20,000 bases of DNA from IMG/VR virus record IMGVR_UViG_3300020201_000458, positions 55,069 to 75,068 of that record; one strand, 5' to 3'. A program made the position numbers and the translations under genes. Below, piece by piece: positions 17,477 through 20,000 of the stretch. Within the stretch, counting starts at the first letter, position 1. Each line of letters starts with the position of its first letter. A model generated the notes under the pieces. It saw only the letters and a program-made list of their open reading frames with translations, was not told where the DNA came from and made no database searches. The stretch comes from an uncultured virus (IMG/VR IMGVR_UViG_3300020201_000458) (lineage: Duplodnaviria; Heunggongvirae; Uroviricota; Caudoviricetes).

Positions 17477-18341
17477 GCAGCTTCGCAAGGGTGCTGAGGC
17501 TGTCTTTTTCTGTCCTCGGTGCAAACACCGGAAGCCGAAGCTAAGCGTCAACCTCGATACCGATCGTTTTCATTGTTGGTCGTGTGACTGGGGTGGGAAG
17601 ACTCTTATCCCTTTGATGAGCAGGGATTCCAAGGAGCGGAACGAGTACGTTGCTGAGCTAGAGGCGAACAAACTCAAGCCGGCTACTCCAGAAAAGAAGT
17701 ACGACGCACCGGCACTTCCTACAGAATTCCGCACGTTGACGAAGGAGTGGCCTGGTCCGTATTACAAATCGGCAATGCGCTACCTGCAAGATCGCGGGAT
17801 CACCATCCAAGATATCAGACACTGGAAGCTTGGATACTGTGAGGAGGGGAACTACAAACACAGAATCATCGTTCCTTCTTTCGATGAGTATGGCGTTCTA
17901 AACTTTGTGGTCGGTCGGTCGTTCTACGATAACCCGCAGAAGTATAAACACGAAAACCTCTGTAAGGATGTCATTTTCAACGAATACATGGTCGACTGGA
18001 ACAAACCGATCGTAGTGACAGAAGGTCCGTTCGATGCGTTCAAGACAGGGGACAACGTCACCGCCCTGCAGGGAAGCATACTTAGAGAGGACTCCAAGCT
18101 CTTCTCTAGGCTTGTCTTCTCTGGAGTCGAAGTCTACTTTGCGATGGATCAAGATGCATTTCGTAAGCAACTGAAGATCCTTACGAACTTGGTCGCCTAT
18201 GGAGTCGATTGTTACTACGTTCCGATGGGTGGCAAGAAGGACGTGGGCGAGATGAGCAAGACTGAATTCCGGGAAGCCAAGCTCCAAGCTCTTCCTGTGG
18301 GATCATCGATCGATATTCTTAGACTGAGGATGAAAGCTTGA
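17427..18341 (+). CDS. dnaG: DNA primase (DnaG/T4 gp61 type: Zn-binding domain plus TOPRIM)
   Basis: CPRC...KLSVN...FHCWSC zinc finger; YLQDRGI; RIIVPSFD...GRSF; TOPRIM motifs VVTEGPFDAF, AMDQDA and KKDVGEM. Confidence 0.9.
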   Translation: MQRERKLQAIQVTLGHEQLRKGAEAVFFCPRCKHRKPKLSVNLDTDRFHCWSCDWGGKTLIPLMSRDSKERNEYVAELEANKLKPATPEKKYDAPALPTEFRTLTKEWPGPYYKSAMRYLQDRGITIQDIRHWKLGYCEEGNYKHRIIVPSFDEYGVLNFVVGRSFYDNPQKYKHENLCKDVIFNEYMVDWNKPIVVTEGPFDAFKTGDNVTALQGSILREDSKLFSRLVFSGVEVYFAMDQDAFRKQLKILTNLVAYGVDCYYVPMGGKKDVGEMSKTEFREAKLQALPVGSSIDILRLRMKA

Positions 18342-20000
18342 GTCTGAAAGTCGTGCAGATCAGTGACGTACATATCAGGAACTTGAAGTACCATCCAGAG
18401 TACCGAAAGGTCTTCGAGAACCTGTATCGTCACCTGGATGAACTCAAGCCCGACATCGTTGTTAATACGGGAGACACGGCCCATACAAAAACACAGATCA
18501 GTCCTGAGTTCGTGGAGATGGCTTCAGAGCACTTGAAACGAGTGGCAGAGTATGCGCCCTATCATCTGATCCTTGGCAATCACGACCTGAACCTGATGAA
18601 CAAGGATCGCCAGGACGCGATCACTCCGATCGTGGAGAGCATTAAGAGTGGCAAGATCTTCCTCCACAAGAAGTCTGGACTTGGTTTCACGGAGGAGAAC
18701 GACGGTCAGAAGTATAACTTCTGGGTTTTCTCTCTCGCCGATCGTGACAACTACCCGGTCCCGGCCAGTTGGGCCCTTCATCCCGACTCTGTAAACATCG
18801 GCCTGTTCCACGGATCCGTCGCTTCCTGTGTCACCGACATGAACTGGCGGATGACAGTCGTAGAGCACGACCTTAGCATCTTCGATGGTCTAGACTTCGC
18901 CATGCTCGGCGACATCCACAAGCAACAGTACTTCAGGGATCGTACGATCGCTTACCCTGGCTCTTTGATCCAACAGAACTTTGGTGAGGAAGTTGACAAG
19001 GGATTCCTTCTCTGGGAGTTAGCCAAGAAGGGTCAGCCACACGACGTTTCTCCCTACATCCTCCGTGGTAGCCGAAAGTTCCATACAATCCGTCTGAACG
19101 ACGACCTCTCGGTCCCGCAGATGGGGATCGAAGAGGGTTCTCGCGTTCGTATCAGTCCTCCAATGTCCATTACACTGGCCCAACAGGGAGAGATTGAGAA
19201 GATCGTCCGGAAGATGTACAAGCCGTACGACGTGATCACGCTTTCTGCGGCTAACATCGGTATCCAGAAGACGATGGCCGGGAAGAATTCAGTAGACATA
19301 GAGAACCTACGCAGTCTTCCTGTCCAAGAGAAGCTGATCAGAGACCACCTAGCCGACAAGAAATTAGACGATGCGATCCTGCAGAAGGTCTTGGACCTGA
19401 ACAGGAAGTACCAGATCCACGTCGAACAAGAAGACGACACAAGCCGTAACGTAAAGTGGAAGCTCAACCGCCTGGTGTGGTCGAACTTCTTCAACTACGG
19501 TGAGAAGAACGTAGTTGATTTTTCACTGCTCCCTGGTCTAACGGGCATCTTTGCTCCGAACGGTTCTGGCAAGTCGAACCTAATCGACATCATCCTTGAG
19601 ACGTGCTTCGACAGTACGACTAAGGGGATCAACAAGAACGTTCACCTGATCAACGATAATAAAGACACTGCTACGGCGATCGCCGACATCACGGTGAACG
19701 ACCAGAACTATATCATCGAGAGGACCATCGACCGGATCAAGTACGGGCAGAAGAAGTTCGAAGAGACCAAGGAGTGGGGAAAGACCACGGTCAACTTCTC
19801 GATGGTAGACAACGACGGTGGCATGGAGCCGCTGGTCGGTACCCTACGTCCTGAGACCGAGAAGAATATCCGGCAGAGGATCGGGACCTTCGACGACTTC
19901 ATGTTGACGTCCCTCTCGGCGCAGTGGAACCAGATGGACATTATCGCCAACAAGGAGACAAAACGGAAGGAGATCTTCTACAAGTTCTTCGACCTCGACC
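18338..20000 (+). CDS. sbcD-sbcC: Fused SbcD/Mre11 nuclease - SbcC/Rad50 ATPase (T4 gp47+gp46-like), 3'-truncated by the window
   Basis: Translated by hand. TTG at 18338 overlaps the primase stop (TTGA), with SD GAGGA. Metallophosphoesterase motifs SDVH, TGD, GNHD, FHG, LGDIH and YPGSLIQQNFGE are followed, with no stop codon, by WKLNRLVWSNFFNYG, Walker A APNGSGKS (19553-19576) and a Q-loop-like SLSAQ. Confidence 0.92.
   Translation, partial: MSLKVVQISDVHIRNLKYHPEYRKVFENLYRHLDELKPDIVVNTGDTAHTKTQISPEFVEMASEHLKRVAEYAPYHLILGNHDLNLMNKDRQDAITPIVESIKSGKIFLHKKSGLGFTEENDGQKYNFWVFSLADRDNYPVPASWALHPDSVNIGLFHGSVASCVTDMNWRMTVVEHDLSIFDGLDFAMLGDIHKQQYFRDRTIAYPGSLIQQNFGEEVDKGFLLWELAKKGQPHDVSPYILRGSRKFHTIRLNDDLSVPQMGIEEGSRVRISPPMSITLAQQGEIEKIVRKMYKPYDVITLSAANIGIQKTMAGKNSVDIENLRSLPVQEKLIRDHLADKKLDDAILQKVLDLNRKYQIHVEQEDDTSRNVKWKLNRLVWSNFFNYGEKNVVDFSLLPGLTGIFAPNGSGKSNLIDIILETCFDSTTKGINKNVHLINDNKDTATAIADITVNDQNYIIERTIDRIKYGQKKFEETKEWGKTTVNFSMVDNDGGMEPLVGTLRPETEKNIRQRIGTFDDFMLTSLSAQWNQMDIIANKETKRKEIFYKFFDLD

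Larger units (their letters stand above)
1..20000 (+). mobile_element. Segment of a large tailed bacteriophage genome (tail/baseplate module followed by recombination-replication module)
   Basis: Co-oriented, tightly packed genes. Tail-collar-like, LamG, FN3 and Kelch proteins lie next to a RuvC-like resolvase, a Zn-finger/TOPRIM primase and an SbcD-SbcC nuclease. No cellular housekeeping genes seen. Phage origin is inferred from gene content. Confidence 0.88.

Noticed and set aside
1..20000. CRISPR arrays, tRNA/rRNA genes, DGR template/variable repeats, intrinsic terminators
   Set aside because: None seen. Intergenic gaps are at most about 65 nt apart from the endonuclease relic, and I found no long nucleotide-level direct repeats or hairpin-plus-U-tract by eye.

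Overview
This 20-kb window appears to come from a large tailed (probably myovirus/jumbo-type) bacteriophage genome. Genes are densely packed and all on the + strand, and the standard code fits (TGA, TAA and TAG all end genes). Bases 1-16772 hold a virion tail/baseplate/adhesin-like module: a Kelch-repeat protein cut off by the window, a 1054-aa protein whose proprotein-convertase P-domain-like fold is interrupted by a 7-repeat beta-propeller, three large proteins with FN3-like motifs, and two paralog pairs whose motifs resemble the N- and C-terminal halves of the P2 gpH/DUF3751 tail-collar domain (one member carries a LamG insert). Bases 16823-20000 hold a recombination/replication module: a RuvC-like resolvase, a DnaG/T4 gp61-type primase, and a single ORF fusing an Mre11/SbcD nuclease to a Rad50/SbcC ATPase. 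That ORF is missing from the ORF track because it runs off the window end. Other points: one FN3 gene is broken by compensating indels within about 40 nt (probably a sequencing error), there is a short GIY-YIG endonuclease relic, a recurring intergenic (C/A)TAC(T/C)TA motif is a candidate late promoter, and the tripeptide [ST]-G-S is strongly enriched in only a subset of the virion proteins. All family assignments come from motif recognition by eye; no database searches were run.
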